Source: Lenisia limosa
Lineage: Eukaryota > Protista > Breviatea
Assembly (NCBI GenBank): GCA_001655205.1
Contig: LPNZ01006267.1
Span: 1 to 32,410 of the forward strand
Reading direction: 5' to 3'
Length of the DNA: 32,410 bases
Positions 20,595-32,410 of this stretch are shown here, piece after piece. The notes under the pieces are model-generated. The model ran no database searches. It was not told where the DNA came from and worked only from the letters and a program-made list of their open reading frames with translations. Position 1 is the first letter of the stretch; the number at the start of each line of letters is the position of its first letter. Position numbers and translations under genes: made by a program.

Positions 20595-23500
20595 ATGGCT
20601 GAATCTGAGAGAATCACCAAACTCACAGTAGGGGCAGTGTGAGGAAATTTTGATTATGGAGGAGATCTAACAGGTCAACTGTAATGCCCCACACACACAC
20701 TAGCTGCAACTGCTTTCACATACACAGGACGTCATTCGGATTCTGAAAAGTGATGAGAGGGATAAGCTACAAGCCATCCATGAAGAAAATGCAGAATTCT
20801 TGTCAAAAGTATTCCCAGAGCTTATGCATCGCAATAGCCTCGTGAGTTCCACTCTTGTTAACCGAAGTTGACCCCCCCCCCCACCTTGGCGACGCACACT
20901 CTACTTTCTATGTCGATTAACCTTTTTCTTCTTCTCTATTTTGGACACTATTCTCATCAATTCAGCACATTGCTTGTGTCCTTGGAGCCTTGAAGTCAGC
21001 GGAGTTCTTGATACGCTCCCTTCCCCTTCTCATGGGCAATGTAGATGATATGGGCTGCCTCCCTATTCATCTTGCTGTGAGCCTTGCTCGTCATTTGTGT
21101 TCTACTCCATTGCCTCGCACCACCAATATGTAATATCGGCTCCACTCTCAATTTCGCAAGGAATCCTCTCATCCCCTCTTTTTCAGCAGTACTTTTTGAC
21201 TCTGTAGGCACACTGCAGAAACACAGATTTGCTGGAGCTCTTCAGTGAGGGATTCTTCATGAAACCCATTGTGAAGCCTCTTAGAGAAGTATGTCTTTAT
21301 TCAGTTGAGATTCTTGTCTTCTTTTTTTAGTAGAGCTCCTTGTTACCAACTCAGACTGATAACATGATTCTCAATCATTTATCACCTCCCCACACTGTCA
21401 TGGCTTTCTTCGATACTGAGCACACTGATGCTTCAAAGCAACTGGTTAGATGTAGTAATATTTATTTGCAATCGAGAATTGAGGGAATCATGATAACTTT
21501 TTAAAACAAGGTTGTACTGCTGTCTTATCGTAACAGATTGAGTCATCGGCGGACCACGTTATGGCCAAGTGCACAATCGGAATGGGCGAAGGTTCTTGGT
21601 ACTTTGAAACCGCTCTTGAGCAAGGTCAGTGGATAGTGATAGGTTATATTTGTTAGAAACAAAAAATAACTGTACTTATGTTCCTGCTGTCCTTCTTTTT
21701 TTGATTTTCTAAAATTTTTTTTTTAACTGTGTCAAGGTGTTGCATACGTTGGAGTCACGTCACATGCAGATTCTTCGTATTGGGTAAGTTAAAAAAATTC
21801 CCGTAAATAAAGACCCTTTCGCATCCTATCATGACCATTTAGTCCAAATCTGAAGTGTATTTGGAGAATGAAGAATTTATTTGCCTTCCACCCGACACTG
21901 TTGCACTCAATACAGCCTCAGGTTGGTGTCTAGTTTGATTTGTTTTAAACGTGAAGGAATGGTTTGGGATGGCTGCAACTGTCGTCCTTTCGTGAACCCA
22001 ATTCGAAAAGGAACAATAGTGAGATTTACTGAGCTTCTGCAAAGTTAACTTATTTAGCTTGGCGTGTCTGTTAACCTTGAGATAAACACACTTTCGTTCT
22101 TCCTTGATGGGGAGCCACTGGGCTTAGCACATTCAGCAATCCAAGGCCCTGTATGGCCTTTCATTCTTCTGGCTCCCCTTTCCAGACTCAAGTCATGCTT
22201 TATTGTTCCAGCAAGGAGGTTTGTTATCAAGCTTCAGCTCAGCCTGTTCTATATTGTTTTTTATTTTAATTGACAACAGACTCCCAGCAGGCCACAGGAG
22301 CATTGAACCAGCGCCCAATACGCTCTTTGACATTGAGTGCCAGAGGCAATACAGTAGCATTCTCGGTAGTCATTCATTCTCTTAATGCTGAAAATATGTA
22401 TCTATTTTCATATATTCATTTACTCAATTAATGTGTAGAACAGCAACATAAGAGATATCCCATTACGTTCTGGCTAAGTCAGGGAATGTCACTCTCACCA
22501 GGGTATGGAAATGGCAAACAGAGAGGGTTTTAACATTTTAGAAAAATGCTCCAAACCCCCTTCCAAATGTCACAAACTGAAATCAGTGACATTGACGCAG
22601 ATTTTGGTTTGTGTTTCGAAGTTATTCTTATTTATTGTGCATCACCTCTAGTAACTCCTATTTTAGAAATAGAACTTATATCTGAGGTACTTGAAGGCCC
22701 CTGTCCGCCGAGGTTTGTGTTGCGTCGCATTTTTTTTCACCAATTCTGTAGCCGCTATATTGGAGCCACAGCTGGGGCAGTTTATCGATTGTCAAATTAC
22801 TGTGAAGAGCCTCTTGAACATCCCAACTGTTCCTACCAAGCTATTGCTGTCATAATCAGTTCAAGGCCACTCTGGGAGATTCTTCTTGGACTCCCCATGT
22901 CCCCTTTATGGTCAGAACCTAAAACTCATCAAAACAAGGCTATGCATTATTCCAAACACTAGTATCTTATTTCAAACTCCTCACGAATATTAGCTTATCT
23001 ATATTCCAGGAAAATTAAAAAAGAAATTACGAAGCAAGAACTCTCGGAATTGGAGATGAATCGTGACATTGATGAAGCAATGAGAACGGATATCTTCAAA
23101 TGCGAGTTTGTGCGGGTGTAATCAACGACTATCAAAGGGTTATCTCAATAGCGTTTTCAACAGCATTTTAATTAACCTATCTCTAGTTCTCTCCAAGACT
23201 ATTCGAAAATTCCAGATAACTTTCTTTTGGAGGTGCGTTTTGAGATCCTCCACAGGATACTGATTGGCTGGCCTTCAAACTCAAGTTCACATTCTCAGGC
23301 AGGCATAATGGCGTACTCATCATCCAAAGTACTCCCCTACATCTCAAAGAAAATTGATGCGAACGATATTAGTTCGATACGTATGTTAGAACGATTGATA
23401 GCTTATCACAATTAATAACAACTCGCTAGCAACATCTTTTTTATTTTTTGGATTGGTGGTGTCAATCTTTGTTTTTGTCACATTCTCTTCCTCTGATATA

Positions 23501-26500
23501 TACAGTTCTGATTATTGTGGCATGTACTAGTTGCAAACCTGAAGTGTTACAGTATTGTCTCTTCTTGAATCCCGGTGTATGTCACATTCTTAAGGAGGAA
23601 GTGAGTTTTGATAATAAAAGTCAATTTTACCGTTACCCTTTTTAACCCTACCAGCCGATGAGCTCCATAACTGCCACTGATCTCAGCATCTTTTTCAAAA
23701 GCCTTCCTTTAATGTTTCAAGCTGCCAGTGAGTTTTTTTATTTTCTGACAGATCATCCAGGTACCTTCGAGAACATTTTTCTCCTTGGATCTATTTATTT
23801 GCGCTGCAAATCCAAGGTCACAATGGGATACCCTGTAGTCAATCTTGAAAGTGCCTTTTCAAATATTGCAGCTGTCTGCTCCTATGCGGGGCAGTATGAG
23901 TTGGCTAATTATTATTGTTTTTCACAATATAAGGTATTTCCTGAAACTGTGTCCCCAACCAACAGTCGAAATGAACCATCTGTTTTGCTATGCGGCAATT
24001 GAAATAGGAGCGGTACCAAAAACTCCACCAACAATTGCTTTAGCTGCCATGGCCTTTCAAACCGGCCTAAGTTCATGGTTTCCTGTTGACAACTTGGAAG
24101 AAATGATCACCGCAGTTGGTTTCAAACAATTTCGAAACAGGCTTATTTATTTTAGGTGCAAGGTTTTTCGGAGTCTAACCGAATGGACTGCATGTAAGAT
24201 AATGAACCACTTTGTACACTCTTATTATTTAGGTTTCGATGCCTTTTGACTGGAAATTTGGTTCTTCTCCAGACTTTGTTGGACGTAAGTTGAAGACAAA
24301 ACTACAATCTGACAGCATTTAGGTAACCGAGGCAGTGGAAATACCATTAGAGTATTTGCCAGGCGGAAACCTTTTTGATTGTAAGATGAGTTCCTTGTTT
24401 GTGTTAACCCTACCGTAGATGTAAAAGCTTCTGTAATAAATATGACTCAGCGACCTGTCACGGTGTAAGCTGTGAATGCTGTGTTTACTCCTTCTAGAAC
24501 CCTATCTAACAGAATGAAAGAGTCACTCGTAACAAGCAAAAATACTTCAATCCTTTTTCTTCTCTCTTGTGAGTCTTAACAGTTTCTTGAAAATGGGAAA
24601 TTCTATTCAACCATCTAATCAATTAAAAGTCACTGTATTTCACCTTTTTAGACGTTGAACTTTTTTCAGTTGCTGAAAAGCAGCGAGTTTTTCTTCCATT
24701 AACAGGAGTGAGTGTATTGTTAAATAAATTGTCACATCTTTGAATTCGGCAACAATAATGTTTCAGGATCGTCGTTCAACTCTTGATACAATTGGAACCA
24801 CTGAATTACCCTCTGCAGTCATCGATCAAATCAAATGTCTCTATTTCTCTCTTCTTGTAAGTTGAAATGAAGAAGGAATGACTCTCCACAGTCTGATACA
24901 ATTGGAGATGACGAATTCCTTATTATCTTTGACCAGCATCACCCTATTGGATCTGGCGAAGGCAACCTTTTTATTCCACCATTTTTTTCTTCATTGACTA
25001 CACTGAAAGACAAAGTCCTTCCATGTTTGTTCCTTTTAAAAATATGATATATTTTATCACCTAGTCCCACCACCCTTGAAAGAATCGAAGTTCCATATTC
25101 TCAAAACAAGCAGCGACAGAGCAAAGGTTTTTTTTAACACCGAAAGAGTCACTCACTTTTCTAGGCCGGCTCCCTTTTACAGTTTTTGTTCGACAGCATT
25201 ATGCAAAGCAGTAATAACGAAAAGGCTATTCTTTACCGTCAAATCGACCACACTCAGAAGGTATATCTAATTAGTTGACCTAAACGCCTGCCTTATATCG
25301 GAATGATGGGATATCCATCAGCAGCATAGCACCATTGTGTCATTTATCTTCCAGAAAAAACATGAAGCTGACCCTGTTACTGAGGTCAAGAATTCTCCGC
25401 CATCTCCTACGCGCGAAACACCACCACCACCACCCAGTGATAGTGAACATGATGAACCGATATCAATTTGTGATTCGATATTGAACAATGATGCACTGGA
25501 AAAATTGGTCACCCCTATTGTAAGCGTGTAATCAGTGGTGAATCTTCCGATCCCTTTCTGTTTGACTTTGTGTAGGTACATGAGTTCATTCGAGTGAATC
25601 TTCAGGATGCAATTCAGACTGAAATTCATAAGTCCCAGCATGCTAAGAATCAAAAACAGCATTCAACCATCATTGAGAACTTACAAACCGATATGTCTTC
25701 AATTCAGAAGGAAATTTGTTCTGTTATCAGTAAAACGCTTCTCGATCATGAACAAAAAATCAGCAAGCTGTAAGTACAAGAATATTTCGCCTCTTTAATG
25801 TTCAGTCTGAGTGACGAGTCTGAACTGGAAAATCGATTGGACGAGCTTACAGGAGAAAACATGATGATGCACAGAAAGTATGTTATTGCTCTCTTGGGTA
25901 TTATGAAGACGAATCCCTTTTGTTTCTAAAATCTTATTTAATATTCAGGATTAAAAAGATGGAGACTTCAATCCAACAGCATCAACAAACTTTGGAGATG
26001 ACCATACAGAGACACCAAAATGTGTTAACTGCTTTTCAGCAGCAGTTGACCTATGCTCTGCATCACCCCCACCCGCAATCCCAGATTGGAATGCTTCAGA
26101 GAAAGCAGCATTCTCAGGACATGGTCGCTTGGCAACACCAACACCCCCCTTCACCTCCACCCCCTTCTCTGCCCCACCCACAACCAATGATCCCTCAGCC
26201 TGTTCCAAAAACAACACCTCCAAATGGAGGGAATGTTAATACCACAGAACCATCGTTCCCTCAACAGGAGATTGATATCATGGATGCTGAACTAAATGAG
26301 GAGTTAAAAGGATTTGGTCCCCGAATTATAAGAAGTCCAATTAAATCGGCCCTTAAACGCAGAACTTCATTTTCTCCCACTGGTGAAAATAAGAGTGTTC
26401 AAATGTCACCACAACCACCACAGATCACAACTTATAGTCCTCTCCTTCCCACTCCCCGGCGCCCTTCTCAGTCTCAGTATAATCCTAAGGTTTCTTCTGA

Positions 26501-28002
26501 CACTCACAATACAAAACCAAATCAGGAGCAAACGTCTTCACAACAGGCACCAGTACTTGGAATAAAGAACATTCCAAAGATAGTGAAAAAGAATGCTTTG
26601 CTAGCTGCAGAGGCCTCAGGTTCAGAAGGTCCTCAAAAACCTTCAGAAGTATTGATTAGTGCCCAAGGGAAAGAAAAGCAAGATAAAAGGAAAGAGGAGA
26701 ACGAAGACAGATCAAAAAATGAGTTTGAAGAAGAGGAGGAAGAAGAGAAACAGGAGGTGGAAGAAGAAAACGATAATGAAGAAGAATATGATGAAGAGGA
26801 GGAAGGTAAGGATGAAGTAAGATTGAAGAAAAAACGTCTTGCAGAACTTAAGAAAGAGTATGAGAGGTTAGAGGAAGAAATGAAGAGGACAAAGAGGGAA
26901 AAGAAGGCACAGATGAAGAAGAATGGAACAAGAAAGAAGAAAACAATTGGAATCAATGAAAAGGTGCCTGAAAAGGCAAAGAAAATGTCGGTGAAAGATG
27001 CTAAAGTACAGGTCAAAGACGAAACGGCAAAGGACGAACTGATAAAGCCAGGAGTACGATCCCTTAAACGGGAACGAGATGGACAATCAAAGGCAATGGC
27101 AAAGGAAAACCATGCTAAGCTAAAGGAAGAACGGGAAAAGCTTTTGAAAAGGGAGAAGAAGGAGAAGGAAGCAGAAAAACTCAAGAAGGAAAAAGAAGAG
27201 AAAATAAAGAAGGAAAAAGAAGAACTCAAGAAGGAGAAAGAGGAAGAACTGAAGAAGAAGAAAGAAGAAAAGCAGAAGGAAGAAAAGTTGAAGAAGGAAA
27301 AGGAAGAAAAGCTTAAGAAGCAAAAGCAAGAAAAGCTGAAGAAGCAAAAGGAAGAGAAGCAGAGGGAAGAAAAATTGAAGAAGGAAAAGGAAGAAAAGTT
27401 GAAAAAAGAAAAGCAAGAACAACTAAAGAAGGAAAGGGAAGAAGAAAAAAAAAGAAAAAAAGAGGAGAAGAAGAAGAAAGAAAGGGAAGAGAAGTTGAAG
27501 AAAGAAGAAAAGCTACAGAAGGAAAATGATAAGTTGAAGAGGGAAGAAGAATTGAAAATGAAGAAGGAAAAGTTGCAGAACGAAGAAAAAATGAAAGATG
27601 AAAGGGTAAAAGATGACATTCTTCAGGAAGAGCATTTGAAGAAGAAGGATGATGAGCTTCAGCAGATTCAGAAGCAGTTGGAGTTGAAAGAGGATATTGT
27701 GGGCGGCGAATGATCTTGTTCTATTCTATGACTTTACTCACATAAATGATTCACAAATGTAGGACTATTCCAAACCGACAATAGCACAAGTCTCAACAAC
27801 AGGCGTGTCAAATATGACCATGCCTGCAAATATGACCATGCCTGCGGTCATATCACCGACTACAAGCCCCTTGTCTCCTTCACCTGACCTTCCTCTTCAT
27901 CAGCTTGGCCCAAATAGTAATGACGTACAGTCAACTCACTCTCATTCTCATGATGATGATGAGGAGGAGGATGAAGATGGTAATGAATCAGAAGAGTTCT
28001 GA
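20595..28002 (+). CDS. Large multidomain protein: ankyrin repeat(s), SPRY domain, unassigned middle region, coiled coil, Pro/Gln-rich linker, long Lys/Glu-rich region
   Basis: Ankyrin-like NSL|HIACVLGALKSAEFLIRSLPLLMGNVDDMGCLPIHLA|AHCRNTDLLELF. SPRY-like GEGSWYFETALEQ|GVAYVGV ... KGTI|LGVSVNLEINTLSFFLDGEPLGLAHSAIQGPVWPFI. Many small phase-matched exons lead to a 1750-nt exon (25949-27698, part of the 597-aa ORF), then a GTGGGC donor and a last exon 27763-28002 ending in TGA. Some middle junctions are uncertain. Confidence 0.72.
27120..27680 (+). repeat. Degenerate coding repeat (KEKEEKLKK-like), purine-rich
   Basis: Repeated units such as EEKLKKEKEEKLKKQKQEKLKKQKEEKQREEKLKKEKEEKLKKEKQEQLKKE in the 597-aa ORF. 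Confidence 0.9.
27811..27846 (+). repeat. 18-bp in-frame tandem duplication (NMTMPA x2)
   Basis: AATATGACCATGCCTGCA AATATGACCATGCCTGCG. Confidence 0.9.
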
Positions 28003-28149
28003 TTTCCTCTGTTTAGTATCTGTTTATGTTTATGGTAAAATTGTTTTTAGCTGATGTAATACTAATGTACAGTAAATCTTACAATCTCAAAACATAAGAA
28101 AAACACGAAGATATAAAAAAAACAGACGATGAGAACTTATAATTTGTCC

Positions 28150-31100
28150 TCAAGTCTTGGCGAGTTCTAATCTTTGTCGTCTTTTGTGATGAATGAAAAA
28201 TTTGACCAAATTTCCTCTCATCTAAATAAGAGATGAAAAACAAACATCTGTGGAGTTTGAAACTTTCAACGAACTGGCTATCCACGAAGGGAGTTTGCTT
28301 TTTATCCTTGGTTCAGAATAGCGGGAATCCACAAGTACAACTGCAGCATAGTCCTTTGAATGGCGAATCACACGACCTAACCATGTTAGCTCAATGCGTC
28401 CACTTCACCACTTCCTACCAATAGCTTGATTTACAGCACTCATACAAAGATTGGTGTAGTAGTTTTGCCCTTCAGTCTGACTGCCTGAAAACATATGACC
28501 CAGAAGCTGTTTCCTCGTACCACAGTATTTAATTTTTTCTTTCAATTCAGGGTCACCAGCATTTGGGAAGGGAAGGCCAATCATTACTACTGCCCGACCT
28601 GAAAGGTAATGAGTTTATCTTAAAATTGATAAACCAAAACCAAACTACTCCAAAAAAACTTACCGAGGCCATCTTTGAAGTTGATACCCTCAGACATCTT
28701 GCCACCTGACACAGCCAATAAAATACCACCCTTTGACTAAAGAGTAAGTTAAAGTCCAGGGCCTACAAGAGCAGCATCACTGTACTTTGTCCAGACATCG
28801 TCAAGGGCAGAAGCTTTTACTGGCTCTCTGAAGACCTAGGATAGGAATAAAATCTACCACCCATTCAAACAGTTTTTTTTGAATTGAGTCGGAAAAGGGT
28901 TCCATCTTCCTTCCATCTCTCCCAATAAGTATCAAGCATTGAATAGGATGAGACAAATACAACGACTCCATTTGGGGTTGACTACACAATCACAAGAAAA
29001 ATGTAAAGAAAATGGGAAATTTAGGGAGAAAAAGACACAAATCAGATTGAACCAGAGAAACTGACCTGAGAGATATCAAAGATGATTCTCCCAATATTTG
29101 TAATCTAAACAATAAGTTTGAAAACCCCCAAATCCTTCTTTTTGTAATTATAACTGAAAAGCGTGGTTTGTGAATCAATCCAAAAAAGAAATAAACAAAA
29201 TACTTCTCTTTCACGGATCTTACATTGAAGTTTGAGGTTCTACTGACTGCTACCAATTTTAACGGGGTGTTCTAAGCAAATAAAAACATACACATTGTAC
29301 ACTTCACAGATTATAGACACCCCTAACATACTTGGTGAGATGAGGTGACAGCGATTGGAAAAACATGGGTGGGGTCAACAACATGACTATAGGAACGAGC
29401 TGCTAAGCCCACTTCATTAACTATGGTTGTCAAGACATTAAGGGTTTCAGGCTGCATAACTTAAGCAATTTTGACCAACAGTTTCTATGTGACATTTCAA
29501 ACGGCATCTCTTCTGTCTGCTTAACTCCCCACTTCTTGATAGAACGAAGAAGCTGAGTCTCAATGTGAGATATCTAAAATTTGTAAAACTCTGGGTGGGA
29601 AAACTATCTCTGATGTGAAATGAAAACACTGAATTAGCCTAAGAAAACCCAAAACCAGATATAATGACTACTAGTATTATATGATTCTTCTTTTCCAAAG
29701 AAACATACCAAAACAAGAAAATTGACAAGCAAACCGGGGTAAGTGTCCCGCCGGCTAGTACAACAGCCTGGGACTCTTCAACAACCTTCGAAAACTCCGA
29801 AGCAGTTTCAAGCAAGAAATAACGGATAAATCTATAATTAACCATTAGACAAAATTATAGGAATGTGAAAATAACACAAAATAATAATTAAAGAGTTCCA
29901 ACCTTGAATGAGAAGGGCCAACGGTTTTTGAAAGGATTCTTCCAAACGGAGAACAGCGAGTTAATGAGAATAATAGGTCTTGAATTTCATACATCACATT
30001 TCGAGTTCTAAAAATGGGTGAGTTCGGTTTAGGCTCATCAAGGTTTACGATGGGGAATAAAATTCTTGTTCGGGGGGAGTCTCAGATGAGAGGTTTACAT
30101 TATCTGTGTCAATTGTGTTCTCTTGGGTGACTCCTTTCATTGCCTTCTCAGCATATGTTGAGATCTACATTGAAATTGATATCAAAGTGAAGTATGGCTG
30201 AACCTTTCTTGGAAGTTTCGAGTTGGAAATGAATTGCGTGACTTCAAGCATGTTGATATGGTCAATGCGCGCTTTGAACACGAATTTTGGGATGGTCAAT
30301 GTTTCTACAAACATAAGAAATACCTCCTTCCACACAAAGATAAAAAAGCAGAAAATTCAACTTCACCTCCCAGGCAGACCAATATCAGAGAGATCATCTT
30401 CTAACACGCTTTTCCCAGATTTCCTGACAGAATTAATATTGTTTTATTGATCTTAAAATTATTATCTGACACAAATACACCCAAACATGTCATGCTGTAG
30501 CTCCACAAGAGTTTTGGCTGAGGGCTCAATTGACGGATCAATTTCGGAAATGAGAGAACTAAAAGGTAAACTGATATCACATGTCAAAAAAAAAAACTTC
30601 TCGTTGAATATTTGTTTAATGAAATCATATTTGAAAGTGCGACTTCAAACCGAATAACAAGGCATAATTTTGCCATCATCCTTCTGTTTGAAGGAGAAAG
30701 CCTGAGCTTAAACTTTTCCAAATAGGTGGACGCTTGAATGTGTCCTGCAACCAACTAAACATTAGTAGAGTATTCAATCATTTAAATTCAAAAAGACTTC
30801 AGAGTCTTTTTAAATGGACAGATAAAAAATACGATCAGAACTATCAAATAAATATTCATAATAATAACCCAGCCAACTGAGTGCACAGTGATTGTGTGGC
30901 TATACGATGACGCAACCGCACTAGCAATATTATGAGCCTCATCCAAGACAATAACATTGTTTTTCAGTCTGATCCCCGCAGCTTGTCGAGTGGCCTCGTG
31001 AACAATCAACGGATACGTCAGGAAAATAATCTGTTGTTGTGAAGGAGTGTTTTGTGATTGAATTAAATACTGCTATCAGAATTTTAAAATATAATAATCC

Positions 31101-32410
31101 TCAAGCCTACATCAGATTCAGGAGCAGCCTGCCGAGTGGCATAGTATGGACATCCGCCAGCTGAGCGTGCTATGTTAATGGTATCTTCAATGTCACACAC
31201 GCGCCCCTGAAACAAAGAGTTAACAGAAATGGGTAAAACTAATCCTTCTCCTCTGTAAATGAAGACACTATTATCTCACTCACCAAGAGTCTGTTTGCAG
31301 TTCGCTGGATATCTTTCTTCGTTTTAAAAGGGCACTTATGCTTACCTTAAAATGTGAAAACGAATTCAATACTAAAAATAACAGGACTTTTCCTGTCAAG
31401 ATAATCAAATGAGCAATTTTAAAATAGTGAGGTTCTCACCTCCTTTGTTGGACATATCCTTGCAGCGATCAGTGATGGCAGTGTTAGCCTTCAGTTTAGA
31501 CGTTACTGGGTGAATACAGAGTTGTCCTCTCGAGGCCAAAATGGTTGACTGGTTGTTGTCAAGTAAAAAAGATGTTTAATAGTTTACACGTGTGAAAATA
31601 TTGCAAAAAGTGATATGATCTACGTCGTTCTCCCTCCCAACTTTGACCGATCCGGAAAATTTGGTTGATTTCAGTTCACTTATCACCTAGACTTATAAAA
31701 GAAATGGCAAAATAACTGAAAAAATAAAATCATGCAACAAAATTTGAGAAAAAAAGTCTTCCTCACAATTCACACCAACTAACCTGTGACAGCTGGCTAT
31801 GTGTTCTTGAGGAGTATAGAACCTACATATATTATTATTCAATACCACATATTACAATATTTGTGTAAGACATTTAGGGTAGACAATTTCAAAAAGCGGG
31901 TCATACTTTTGTATCCTTCCAAGCTTCGTCAGTAATAAGCATTTCATCCCCTGAGTCCATTTCATCATCTGAGGGAGAGTCAAGACATAGTTAAGGCCTT
32001 TGACTAATTCTGTCAACAAATATACTACTAAATATTATATTGAACACAAACTTTAACAGATAATGCACTATACCTTCTTTTTCATCGTCATCACTGTCTG
32101 AAAATGGCTTTTTGGAGAAGTCCTAACGGAATAAGAAGATAGTGATTTTGATTTGGGCCATATTTCCGGGTGCCAGGATTCGGATCCCGAAGAAGATATG
32201 TTTGTTTCCAAACAAACAACAATTCAGTCATTAAACATTGCGATGGCAATTCTATTTCACCAATATTAAAATCTGAGCATCGGATTGAGTATTTCTTCTT
32301 GTTTTTTTGTTTTAGCGTTGAATAGATAGCAGTATTAATTATCTTTTAAAAACTATAAATCCAGAAATAATACTTTTGTGTTAAGCAATACGAAATATAA
32401 TTGCTTAAAT
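28150..32410 (-). CDS. DDX11: DDX11/CHL1 Fe-S cluster DEAH helicase (XPD family), 5'-truncated by the window edge
   Basis: VLYSSRTHSQLSQ; four Fe-S cysteines in LASRGQLCIHP...TDRCKDM|GKHKCPF|...GGCPYYATR; HEATRQAAGIRLKNNVIVLDEAHNI; VVLAGGTLTP; GRAVVMIGLPFPN; NLCMSAVNQAIG|RVIRHSKDYAAVVLVDSRY...KLPSWI; stop TGA at 28152-28150. ATRQAAGIRL and AGGT favour DDX11 over FANCJ, RTEL1 or XPD. Confidence 0.93.

Noticed and set aside
24335-24385. Kinase-like motif LEYLPGGNLFD
   Set aside because: There is no glycine-rich loop, VAIK, HRD or DFG in the adjacent exons.
24962-25064. GC-AG intron in the ANK-SPRY gene
   Set aside because: A canonical GTTTGT donor at 25025 gives the same phase with a 40-nt intron, so a GC donor is not needed.
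26633-27619. 328-aa Phe/Ser-rich minus-strand ORF and the overlapping Phe/Leu-rich ORFs
   Set aside because: These are the reverse complement of AAG/GAA-rich codons of the K/E-rich exon.
1-32410. Non-standard genetic code (TAA/TAG/TGA reassigned), suggested by in-frame stops next to coding-looking sequence at ~235, ~3190, ~8580 and ~31990
   Set aside because: Each case is explained by an intron or a real stop. Conserved exons of FPGS, SAPS and DDX11 and the Gln-rich 597-aa ORF contain no in-frame stops, and genes end in TAA, TAG and TGA.

Overview
This is eukaryotic nuclear DNA from an intron-dense, gene-compact genome, with nine N-gaps. The taxon cannot be assigned from the sequence. Genes end in TAA, TAG and TGA, so the standard genetic code fits. 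The ORF track is fragmentary because most exons are 40-200 nt. Reading exons by eye gives seven multi-exon genes: (1) an uncharacterised protein (-, ~235-3560); (2) a secreted, beta-rich protein (+, 3872-5722); (3) folylpolyglutamate synthase FPGS (+, 6877-11756); (4) a SAPS/PPP6R regulatory subunit (-, 12048-16868); (5) CFDP1/Swc5 (-, 17404-19978); (6) a very large ankyrin + SPRY + Lys/Glu-rich protein (+, 20595-28002); (7) a 5'-truncated DDX11/CHL1 Fe-S helicase (-, 28150 to beyond 32410). Three things these genes do not explain stand out. The first is a probable spliced antisense gene nested in the one oversized (1220 nt) FPGS intron. The second is a ~100-bp hAT-type MITE family: six copies, all intronic, five close to 5' splice sites, one with a perfect 8-bp target-site duplication. 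The third is a Mutator-like foldback element between the two divergent genes near 3.6-3.75 kb. Splice donors are often GTGGGY/GTNGG, and long G/C tracts recur in introns. I found no rRNA, tRNA or CRISPR array. Exon coordinates were derived by hand and may be off by a few nt.
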